Shown in pieces: positions 24,546 to 32,000 of a DNA stretch of 32,000 nucleotides. The DNA is taken from NCBI GenBank assembly GCA_038046485.1, contig JBBSWA010000047.1, positions 1-32,000 on the forward strand, in the 5' to 3' direction. The position numbers and the translations under genes are program-made. The DNA is from Nanobdellota archaeon. Lineage in GTDB: Archaea > Nanobdellota > Nanobdellia > Woesearchaeales > SM23-78. Position 1 is the first letter of the stretch. The number at the start of each line of letters is the position of its first letter. The notes under the pieces were generated by a model. That model saw nothing but the letters and a program-made list of their open reading frames with translations. It was not told the origin of the DNA and searched no databases.

Positions 24546-25283
24546 CTATAATTTATCCACTTCCCCCAACCTTATAATTTCGTCTACAGAACTTCCTAAG
24601 CGTCTATATAAGGGAACGCCCGATTGAAGCTCAGGAAAATCAGCCATATGCATTAGACCCCCAATATGTACATCTGGATTTATTCTTAAAATTTCATCTG
24701 CCATAAACTGTTCTCGAACCTCTTCGAATTCAGGTTCATCTGCCCGCATGACACTGCGCAAATGATCCACATCTTCTTGTGCCAAGCGTTCCGCTATTTT
24801 TGAAAAAACACTTATCAATAGAGGTTTATCTAAATACATCCTATCAAATAATTCAACGAAAAAGGGCCTAACCTGACAATAGCTTAATCCCAAAACTTCT
24901 GATGGGAGGCTTCTACTCTCTTCCTCTAACTGTCTACGGAGCATATTTTCATCTATTGATAAAGTCTTAAGTACTTCTGGATGATCTACTCCATAAATTT
25001 GAACCCCCTCCTTTCGAGCATATAATATAGATTCCATTGCTTCATATCCTTCTTGGCTAAACATTTCTGTATATAACGCTCGAACACAATCTGGTAACTG
25101 AACACTTGCCAAAATATCTAATGTTTGAGTTCTCCTATCTAGCAGTAATCTTTCTACTTGTTCTGGAGACCTATCACTAGGTGTTTCAATCGTTATCTTT
25201 TTAGGTTTAATCCTCTGCAATAATTTTTCCAAACGCCGTGGTCCTTCTAGATCATAATGATGAATTGTACCGATGAGTTTCAT
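24546..25283 (-). CDS. hypothetical protein (weak TraB/GumN-like N-terminus)
   Basis: 245-aa ORF. LIGTIHH...PKKITIE resembles the TraB/GumN opening motif, which is weak evidence. A TATA box (aatatataaac on the minus strand) lies 20 nt upstream. Confidence 0.5.
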   Translation of the reverse strand: MKLIGTIHHYDLEGPRRLEKLLQRIKPKKITIETPSDRSPEQVERLLLDRRTQTLDILASVQLPDCVRALYTEMFSQEGYEAMESILYARKEGVQIYGVDHPEVLKTLSIDENMLRRQLEEESRSLPSEVLGLSYCQVRPFFVELFDRMYLDKPLLISVFSKIAERLAQEDVDHLRSVMRADEPEFEEVREQFMADEILRINPDVHIGGLMHMADFPELQSGVPLYRRLGSSVDEIIRLGEVDKL

Positions 25284-25385
25284 ACCCCTTATAACCTCAT
25301 TTAGTTTATATATTTTACTACTTATTAGTTAATATTTAAACATCATATTATTTTCTATATAGTCAACTATTTACAGCCGACAACC

Positions 25386-25393
25386 ATATAAAT
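25386..25393 (+). promoter_or_regulatory. TATA box for the tRNA-Gly gene
   Basis: atataaat lies 24 nt before the tRNA 5' end at 25418. Confidence 0.55.
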
Positions 25394-25417
25394 CAAATCC
25401 GAGCACAAAACAATCAT

Positions 25418-25582
25418 GCACCGGTCGTCTAATGGTTAGGAGTGCTTAAGCAAGCGCTTAAGAACTAACAAATGCGAGCCTTCCAAGCTTGCGATCCGGG
25501 ACGTTCAAAATCTACGGGTTTTGACGCGGAGATTCGAAAGTGAAGGGAACGACCCCTTCCTGAACACATCCCGGCCGGTGCA
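25418..25582 (+). tRNA. tRNA-Gly: tRNA-Gly (anticodon UCC) gene with a D-arm BHB intron and an unexplained 69-nt T-loop insertion
   Basis: Elements present: acceptor GCACCGG/CCGGTGC plus discriminator A; D-loop AATGGTTA; anticodon stem CGAGC/GCTTG with loop CTTCCAA; T stem CCGGG (25496-25500)/CCCGG (25570-25574). A TATA box lies upstream and TTTTTT immediately downstream. Whether the T-loop insertion is removed is unknown. Confidence 0.65.
25441..25471 (+). other. 31-nt BHB-type tRNA intron at a non-canonical position (23/24, D stem)
   Basis: The central 4-bp helix GTTA (25435-38)/TAAC (25466-69) is flanked by 3-nt bulges GGA (25439-41) and AAA (25470-72) on opposite strands. The inner 10-bp helix (25442-51/25456-65) has one G-A mismatch and loop AAGC. 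Cutting after the second bulge nucleotide yields a D stem GTCT/GGAT and a canonical-length 5' half. Confidence 0.7.
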
Positions 25583-26213
25583 TTTTTTCTTTACAATAAT
25601 CTTCGTATTTTTTCTTTTTTATGGAATGATCAAATCCAATTTTTTTGAATTCTAAAAAAGACTCAGAAGGTATCCGAATCGTATAACATATTTTATATTT
25701 TAACTTCGTAGGTAGTCGATTATACAAAGTCGTCCTAATCCCTTCTAAGGCTAACATCTTTTGTATCGTTAAAACTGCTTTCTTATTTGTATTATAACAC
25801 ACAATGCAACTCTTATAAACACTTCCTTCATCATCAAAAATGGCTCTTAACCATATTTTTCTAAACCGTTCATTTTCAACGATCTCTTGAGGTATATCCC
25901 AATTGCTCCCATCAATATATTTCAACATTTTTAGCATGCAGTAAAGGGGCTTATTTCTTGCTTGAATTCTTCTTTTTTTATTATCTCGATATACGTATGT
26001 TTTTGGAAATAAACTCTTAATTGCTAGAGTCATTTTATCCAAAAGCTCTGGGCAGTAATTTGTATATTCAATTACATGTCTATAGAAAGGTTCAGTCATT
26101 CTAGAGTTTTTAATAGCCGAAGGGCTTCTTTTTTCCTTTTTCATGTACATATTTCCATCGCCGCACACATGTGCATGGATATGTACCAAGTTTTCATTCA
26201 ATTCTATCTGCAT
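25512..26213 (-). CDS. double-motif LAGLIDADG homing-endonuclease-like protein
   Basis: Motif 1 is IHAHVCGDGNM and motif 2 is WLRAIFDDEGSV. The ATG at 26213 is 20 nt after tttttataa; the track start at 26225 is a TTG. The last 24 codons or so run antisense through the tRNA-Gly 3' end and T-loop insertion. Confidence 0.75.
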   Translation of the reverse strand: MQIELNENLVHIHAHVCGDGNMYMKKEKRSPSAIKNSRMTEPFYRHVIEYTNYCPELLDKMTLAIKSLFPKTYVYRDNKKRRIQARNKPLYCMLKMLKYIDGSNWDIPQEIVENERFRKIWLRAIFDDEGSVYKSCIVCYNTNKKAVLTIQKMLALEGIRTTLYNRLPTKLKYKICYTIRIPSESFLEFKKIGFDHSIKKKKYEDYCKEKMHRPGCVQEGVVPFTFESPRQNP

Positions 26214-26346
26214 TCTGCCGCTCAAATAAATTGTTATAAAAATGACTTACCTTAACTTATATACCCCACCATAGAATGTCCAGTGGACTAAGTTACACCC
26301 CTTTTCTTCCGCAAAGTATTAAAGCCTTCTAAACCCACATGAGAGC

Positions 26347-26988
26347 ATGGCCAAGCAAAAGATCCTTGTCATTGTAGCACACTCAGACGACCAAATCCTA
26401 GGAGCAGGCGCCACCATGGCTGATTATGCCCATGAAGGACACTTTGTTAAAACAATTATTCTTAGCCAAGGAGAGAAAAGCCATCCACACCTCAAAGCAG
26501 ATGTCATCTGCAAGATTCGGCAAAAAGAAAGCGAACAAGCGGATGAAGTTATCGGCGGAAAAGGCGTTACCTTCTGTGACTTCAAAGAAGGACAATTCCC
26601 TATGCATTACCCTAAACATGAACCCCTTCTCAAACAATTCATCCGAAACTACAAACCCACTAAGATCTTTACCCACTCCATTGATGATGGACACCCTGAT
26701 CATGTCAATACCCATAAAATTGTGGTTGAACTCTATGACCAAATGAAACTCAAATGTGACCTTTACACGTTTGATGTCTGGACCCCCTTTAACCTCAAAA
26801 AAAGAGAAAACCCTTGGATGATGGTGGATGTAACCAAGACTTACCCCAAAAAAGTAGAAGCACTTAAGTGCTTCAAAAGCCAATATGTCGCTGCAGGCTA
26901 CCCCCTTATCCTATCCTACCTGCGTGCCCTCTACCATGGATTTCTTAACAACATTCCCTATGCGGAGATCTTCTACAAAGTACGATGA
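26347..26988 (+). CDS. PIG-L/LmbE-family N-acetylglucosaminyl deacetylase
   Basis: VIVAHSDDQILGAGATMA and the HPDH motif are present. Confidence 0.85.
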   Translation: MAKQKILVIVAHSDDQILGAGATMADYAHEGHFVKTIILSQGEKSHPHLKADVICKIRQKESEQADEVIGGKGVTFCDFKEGQFPMHYPKHEPLLKQFIRNYKPTKIFTHSIDDGHPDHVNTHKIVVELYDQMKLKCDLYTFDVWTPFNLKKRENPWMMVDVTKTYPKKVEALKCFKSQYVAAGYPLILSYLRALYHGFLNNIPYAEIFYKVR

Positions 26989-28112
26989 AAAAACTACTGA
27001 TCGCAACGGACACGTACCATCCCTGGCAGGATGGCGTAACAAGAACTTTAGCAGAAATTATCCCCCGACTCAAAAGGCATTTTGAAATCCATGTGCTATG
27101 CCCTGACATGGGCGTACCTGAAGAAAACGGTGTGATCCTTCATAAAGTGCCTTTAGGTAACATCCAAATCAAAGAAGTTACTGGAGGCTTTCGCTTTGCC
27201 CAATTCAAACCCAACCTGGTAAAAGAAGCGGTTTCAAAAGCTGATGTGGTCTTTAGTCAAGGCCTAGGCCCAATTGGACTTCTTGCGATCCACTATGCCC
27301 GAAAACTCAAAAAACCTGTTGCGAGCTATGTCCACACATTGGAATGGGAAAGAGTTCCTGCTGTCATTAGTGCCCCCATCCTCAAATTTTTGACTAGAAA
27401 ATTCATGCGATGGCTTACCAAGAAATACTATAATAAGTGCGATCTTTTGATCGTACCCAGCGACAACATTGGCGAACGACTTGCCTGGCAGGGCATTCAC
27501 CCCCACAAAGAAATTATTCCTTTAGGAGTTGATGTTCACACGTTTAAACCAGGTCGAAACCATGAACTAAGAAAAAAACTGGGCATTGAGGAAAGAGACT
27601 TGGTCATCGGCTACCACGGGAGACTTGCACGGGAAAAAGACCTTCCCACCCTTCTGCGAGCCTATGTTCATTTACGCCGCAAGTATCCCTCGCTTAAACT
27701 CCTCATTGTTGGTGAGGGCCTGAAAATTCTTACCTGGAGATTGGAACACCAAAATGGAGTGATCTTATCTGGCAAACAGCAACACGTCGTTCCTTACCTG
27801 CAATGCATGGACATCTACTGCCTTACTTCACTCTCTGAAACCACGAGTTTGAGTACATTGGAAGCCATGGCCTGCGGACTACCTGTCATTGCAACCCCCG
27901 TTGGGTTTATTCGGGAATATTTACACAACAAAGAAAATGGATTGATCACGCCGAAACGTGATTCAGTTATCTTAGCGAATAAAATTGAGGGACTCATCCA
28001 AAGCCCTGAACTACGAAAGAAACTAGGCGAAAATGCTCGGAAAATGATTGAACACCAATTCAACTGGGAAAGCACAGCCGAGAAGATTAGGAAAGTGCTT
28101 GAGATCTTATGA
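26985..28112 (+). CDS. GT4-family (GT-B) glycosyltransferase
   Basis: GRLAREKD, LLIVGEG and the SLSETTSLSTLEAMACGLPVIAT E-x7-E region are present. It has 4-nt overlaps with both neighbours. Confidence 0.85.
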   Translation: MKKLLIATDTYHPWQDGVTRTLAEIIPRLKRHFEIHVLCPDMGVPEENGVILHKVPLGNIQIKEVTGGFRFAQFKPNLVKEAVSKADVVFSQGLGPIGLLAIHYARKLKKPVASYVHTLEWERVPAVISAPILKFLTRKFMRWLTKKYYNKCDLLIVPSDNIGERLAWQGIHPHKEIIPLGVDVHTFKPGRNHELRKKLGIEERDLVIGYHGRLAREKDLPTLLRAYVHLRRKYPSLKLLIVGEGLKILTWRLEHQNGVILSGKQQHVVPYLQCMDIYCLTSLSETTSLSTLEAMACGLPVIATPVGFIREYLHNKENGLITPKRDSVILANKIEGLIQSPELRKKLGENARKMIEHQFNWESTAEKIRKVLEIL

Positions 28113-28716
28113 TTAAAGCCATTATCTTTGACTTTGCAGGCGTTCTTTCTAACACGGGAAGCCTTCATCTTACCATTGTTGATTACGCTAAAAAGCACGG
28201 AAAAGATCCTGAAACAGCCTACCAAGTTTTGCAAGAAAATTGGAAAAAAGCCAAGATAAATCAGATCAGCTCCGAAACTTTCTGGAAGAACCTTGCCCAA
28301 CACCTCCAAGCTGCACCCAATGAACTACGTGAACACTGCATGAACTATTTCGGATTCCGCGACGAAACCCTAGAACTCGCAAAAAAACTAAAAACGCACT
28401 ACAAACTAGGCCTACTATCCAACCAAATCGAGGATTGGCTAGAAGAAGTCATCAAAAAACACCATTTAAATGAAGTGTTTGATGTTATTGTTACTTCTTA
28501 TAACAGCCGCATTGCAAAGCCAGACCCAGCCATTTTCAAAGAAATGGTAAAAAAACTAGATACTAATCCGGAAGAGTGTATATATATATATATATATATA
28601 TTGACGACGAAGAGAAAAATATCTCTCCAGCCCAACATCTTGGAATGAAAACGATCCTGTTCAAAAATATAGGACAAGTGAAAAAAAAACTAATCTCATA
28701 TGGAGTAGAAAGTTAA
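28109..28716 (+). pseudogene. HAD-superfamily phosphatase frameshifted at an internal (TA)11 tract
   Basis: MIKAIIFDFAGVL is motif I. After the TA tract the annotated frame dies at 28648. The other frame reads IDDEEKNISPAQHLGMKTILFKN (motif IV and beyond) to a TAA at 28714-28716. Confidence 0.75.
28579..28600 (+). repeat. (TA)11 dinucleotide microsatellite inside a coding region
   Basis: This is a direct read of the sequence: 22 nt of alternating TA. Confidence 0.95.
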
Positions 28717-31700
28717 ACCTTCAAACTGGTCACTTTAGAAACAGCGTGTACATCCATACTGATGCCGAACAAGGTATCTGATTCTGAGATGATGGCATCG
28801 TTGTGACTAATGACTATATATTGGGCCTTGGTTGAATAGGCCTTCAAGAGCTTGCCTAGCTTTTCACTATTTCTCTTATCTAAGGCTGCATCGACTTCGT
28901 CCATGATGTAGAAGGGTGCCGGGTCGTGCTCTTGCACTGCGAACAAGAAGGCCAAGGCAGTCATTGTTTTTTCTCCACCGGATAGACCCCGGATGTCCAT
29001 GAATTTACTTCCTGATAAGCGAACCTTCATGGTAAGACCACCATTGAATGGGTCATGCTTATCCTCCAACTCAATGAAGGCTTCCCCTTTAGTCGATAGA
29101 AGGCCGAATATTTTTTGGAAATTACTATTCACAACATCAAAGGTCTTCATGAACAAGTCCTTCTTCTTGCTATCGATCTTATTGATCATGACCATCACAT
29201 CTTCGCGCTCCTTCCCTAGCTTTTCTTTCTTACCTAACAACTCTCCATACTCTTTTTCTACACTTTCGTAAATCTCTAAGGCACGCATGTTCACAGCACC
29301 CATTTCGCCCACCATTTTTTCGAACTGCTTGATCTCAACTAAAATTTCTTCCTCAGGCTTACCCTTGAACAATTGAACACTTCCATACTGCTTGAATTCT
29401 TCCTCTAAACCAGCGAACTCGGCCTTCACCCGTGCTGCTTCCAATGAAAAGCCGATTTTCTTCTTATCCACTTCACGCATGCCTAAATCTTTCTTATTTA
29501 CGTCCTGCTCCAGTTTAGAAACTTCATCAGAAAGCTTGGTACGCTGCGTAAACAAGGCCTTGAACTGCTCGTAAAACTTCTTTTCTGACTCTTCTTTTGC
29601 TATCAAGTCTTTGCGCTGCTGCTTTACTAAATCCATAAGCGCTTTTTGTTCCTTTTCGAAATCACCCTTCTCCTTTTCCTGCTGCTTTAAGATGCGCTCG
29701 GCCTTTTCTGTTTCCGGCTGCAAAATATTTTGAATCTCAGAATCCATCCCTTTCATCTCACCCTGCAATTCCTGAATTTCCAAACGAAGCTCATTCTTTT
29801 TCTGCTCGAAGGTGTTTAACTCAGCTAAGAGACGAGGATTACGAAGCTGGGCAATGCGATCCCGTAACTTTTGCTTATCGGTTTTTACTTCAGCCAAGCG
29901 GAGGTTTTTTTCACGGATTACTTCTTGCTCTTTTTCAAGCCTTTTTTCCACGTCCTTTAATATGGCCTCCACCTTGGCCTTTTCTTCCTTACTTGCCCCT
30001 AGGTCTGCTGAATCTAAATGTAACGTCTTTTCTAACTTGATCACATCCCCTTCTACATTAGCCTTACGCTCTCTTAATGTTTCAATTTCCTTACCCGCCT
30101 CGTGCTTATCCTTTTCCAGACGCTCGGCTAAGCCTTCTAAATCACTTACTTCTGCTTCCATCTTTACTAGCTGCTCCATAAGCTCTTTTTCCTGGAAGCC
30201 TCCGGCACGCTCTTGATGCCTGAACCCTCCTTGCATGGAACCGGAAACATCGAGCAAGTCCCCGGACTTAGTTACCATCCTTGCTTTTCCAATCCCTACC
30301 TGTCTTGCTGTGGGTATATCCTCCACTACCAAGGTATTTGAGAATACGTACTGGAAAACTTTTTGATACTTCTTATCAAAACTAACCAAGTCCAATGCTA
30401 AACCATGGATTCCAGCACCTTTCAATGCTGGGTTTTCTGTACGCATAGAAGGATTCAACTTGTTCAGCGGCAAAAAGGTAGCCACGCCTAACTTATTATC
30501 TCGCAAGTACTTGATGCATTTCTCAGCGACTTCATCGCTGTCCACCACAATGCTCTTCAATCGGTTTCCGGCAGCAATTTCAAGTGCCAGTGCATACTCG
30601 GATTTCACATTTCCTAACTCAGAAACCAAGCCATGAATGCCCTTCCACTTGGTCTTTAACTCTAAAATCTTTTGTGCTGCGCCCCGTGCACCTTCCCTGA
30701 AAACAGCTGAACGCGCCCGAACCTTAGCCAACTCTTCTTGACGAGAAAACAATTTTTCTCGTGCCGTTCCTAACTCTAAACTCACTTCAGACTCGGCATT
30801 TAATAAACCTGAAAGACGATCGGATGTTTCTTTTAAGAGCTGTTTTTTCTTCTTCAACTCTTCCAAACCCACCTTGTTCTCCTTTGAAACCGCCATGATC
30901 TTTGAGACTTTATCATCAATGGACTGCAACAAAAGCTCACACTTATCTTTTTCCCTTAACAAACCCTGCTGATCCTCTCGCAACTTAGAAATCTCTTCTT
31001 GCACTTTTTCTGCTTCTTTATCCAATGACTCAATTTTCTTATCCACATCCTGTGCATCTTCTAACTTGTTCTTGGCCTTGAACTCATCAATTCGCTTATC
31101 TAACCCCTGAATGGAAAGCTCATGATCCTTGGTCTTATCTTCCAAGGCTTTCTTATTTTTCTTGATGGCTTCAATCTTATCCTTCAACTCTTTATGACTC
31201 TTGACCAATTCACTTCGACGCTCTTCTAACTTTTTCAATTCTGACTTTAATGCTTCTGTACGCTGCTCATTTACCGTAAGATCAACCTTGAACTTCTCTA
31301 CTTCTTTATGGATGGTGAGCTGTTCTTTTTCCCCCTTACGCTCTACTTCCTGATTGATTTGCTCGATTTCCTTCTTTTTATCTGCAATCTTTTGCTTGAG
31401 CGCATTGATCTCTTCTTGCACTTTTTGGATACTCTCGTCGTGAATGGAAAGCTGCTTATCTAAACTGTCGCGTTCTTTGATCTTCTTTTCCATCTTGTTG
31501 TTTAATAGAGTTGCCCGATTGCGTTTGATCTTTTCATCCAAGCCCTTAAACTTCATGGCTTCATCTCGCTCTTTTTTTAATTCTTTGAGATAGGTTTTAC
31601 GCTCCGTAAGAATGATCTCGGCTTCGTTCAATTTTTCTTCTACACGCTCGAGCTCCCGAATCGCCTTATCCTTTTTCCCTTCATAAATGGAAATGCCGGC

Positions 31701-32000
31701 AATTTCTTCTACAATCCCCCTTCGCTCTAATGAGGACATCTCCACGAGATGGACAATGTCTCCTTGCAAAATGATGTTGTACCCGTCGGGGTTTACCCTT
31801 GCTTTACTTAACAAGTCCAAAACTTGCTGACGCGTATGCACTTTTCCATTGATTCTGTACGTGCTGTTTCCCGCCTGGGTAACGGTACGCTTGATCTCAA
31901 TTTCGAGTGAGTCTGGATCAAACACTTTTCCTTGATTATCCAGTATGATCGCTACTTCCGCTGAACTTGCCGGCTCCCTTGACTTCCCCCCATTGTAGAT
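28713..32000 (-). CDS. smc: SMC chromosome-segregation ATPase, N-terminus beyond the window edge
   Basis: Long coiled coils, hinge GIHGLVSELG...ATFLPLNKL, signature LSGGEKTMTALAF and Walker B FYIMDEVDAALD. The frame stays open to base 32000 (IYNGGKSREPASSAEVAIILDN), so the Walker A head lies outside the window. Confidence 0.95.
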   Translation of the reverse strand: MYNGGKSREPASSAEVAIILDNQGKVFDPDSLEIEIKRTVTQAGNSTYRINGKVHTRQQVLDLLSKARVNPDGYNIILQGDIVHLVEMSSLERRGIVEEIAGISIYEGKKDKAIRELERVEEKLNEAEIILTERKTYLKELKKERDEAMKFKGLDEKIKRNRATLLNNKMEKKIKERDSLDKQLSIHDESIQKVQEEINALKQKIADKKKEIEQINQEVERKGEKEQLTIHKEVEKFKVDLTVNEQRTEALKSELKKLEERRSELVKSHKELKDKIEAIKKNKKALEDKTKDHELSIQGLDKRIDEFKAKNKLEDAQDVDKKIESLDKEAEKVQEEISKLREDQQGLLREKDKCELLLQSIDDKVSKIMAVSKENKVGLEELKKKKQLLKETSDRLSGLLNAESEVSLELGTAREKLFSRQEELAKVRARSAVFREGARGAAQKILELKTKWKGIHGLVSELGNVKSEYALALEIAAGNRLKSIVVDSDEVAEKCIKYLRDNKLGVATFLPLNKLNPSMRTENPALKGAGIHGLALDLVSFDKKYQKVFQYVFSNTLVVEDIPTARQVGIGKARMVTKSGDLLDVSGSMQGGFRHQERAGGFQEKELMEQLVKMEAEVSDLEGLAERLEKDKHEAGKEIETLRERKANVEGDVIKLEKTLHLDSADLGASKEEKAKVEAILKDVEKRLEKEQEVIREKNLRLAEVKTDKQKLRDRIAQLRNPRLLAELNTFEQKKNELRLEIQELQGEMKGMDSEIQNILQPETEKAERILKQQEKEKGDFEKEQKALMDLVKQQRKDLIAKEESEKKFYEQFKALFTQRTKLSDEVSKLEQDVNKKDLGMREVDKKKIGFSLEAARVKAEFAGLEEEFKQYGSVQLFKGKPEEEILVEIKQFEKMVGEMGAVNMRALEIYESVEKEYGELLGKKEKLGKEREDVMVMINKIDSKKKDLFMKTFDVVNSNFQKIFGLLSTKGEAFIELEDKHDPFNGGLTMKVRLSGSKFMDIRGLSGGEKTMTALAFLFAVQEHDPAPFYIMDEVDAALDKRNSEKLGKLLKAYSTKAQYIVISHNDAIISESDTLFGISMDVHAVSKVTSLKV

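Noticed and set aside
25501-25569. Treating the T-loop insertion of tRNA-Gly as a second BHB intron
   Set aside because: I tested all eight ways of splitting a 7-nt T-loop between the exons. None gives a 4-bp central helix with two 3-nt bulges, and none yields a UUC-type loop. It is reported as unexplained, not called an intron.
28713-32000. Repetitive appearance of the SMC region as a possible DNA repeat or CRISPR-like array
   Set aside because: The periodicity is at the protein level (Lys/Glu-rich coiled coil). No exact spaced DNA repeats were seen here or elsewhere in the window.
1-32000. The hypothesis that the contig is bacterial, given the sigma-54 activator, OMP-like barrel, Cfa and kynureninase
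   Set aside because: SRP54 has the archaeal/eukaryal N-terminus and DGTAKGGGAL motif. A BHB tRNA intron is present. The promoters are TATA-type at leaderless spacing, including in front of the bacterial-looking genes. Horizontal acquisition fits better, though a chimeric assembly cannot be excluded from sequence alone.

Overview
This is a gene-dense chromosomal segment that reads as archaeal. The evidence is an archaeal/eukaryal-type SRP54, a TrmB regulator, SMC, a tRNA intron with a bulge-helix-bulge (BHB) fold, and TATA-like boxes (consensus about TTTATATA) about 20-26 nt upstream of most start codons and both tRNA 5' ends. That spacing implies mostly leaderless genes. A small-genome, DPANN-like archaeon is my guess only.

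About 35 protein genes are supported. Housekeeping genes are SRP54, a partial SMC and a DEAD-box helicase. Several are bacterial-looking: a sigma-54-type AAA+ activator, an outer-membrane-style beta-barrel, cyclopropane-fatty-acid synthase, kynureninase, a B12-radical-SAM enzyme and an ABC exporter. There are also three YihX-like HAD phosphatase paralogues, a PIG-L deacetylase/GT4/HAD operon and a small toxin-antitoxin-like pair.

The most unusual content is two tRNA loci, each abutting a double-motif LAGLIDADG endonuclease gene:
- Locus 1: the two ends of a dead tRNA flank a 1.13-kb cassette. The cassette carries a promoter, an intact tRNA-Thr(CGU) and the endonuclease gene.
- Locus 2: a tRNA-Gly(UCC) gene has a well-formed 31-nt BHB intron in the D-arm and an unexplained structured 69-nt insertion in the T-loop. 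The second endonuclease ORF overlaps it antisense.

Three genes are visibly broken: kynureninase by a +1 shift, a coiled-coil protein by an 11-bp tandem duplication, and a HAD phosphatase by a (TA)11 tract.

All family calls rest on motifs I recognise by eye. No searches were run.
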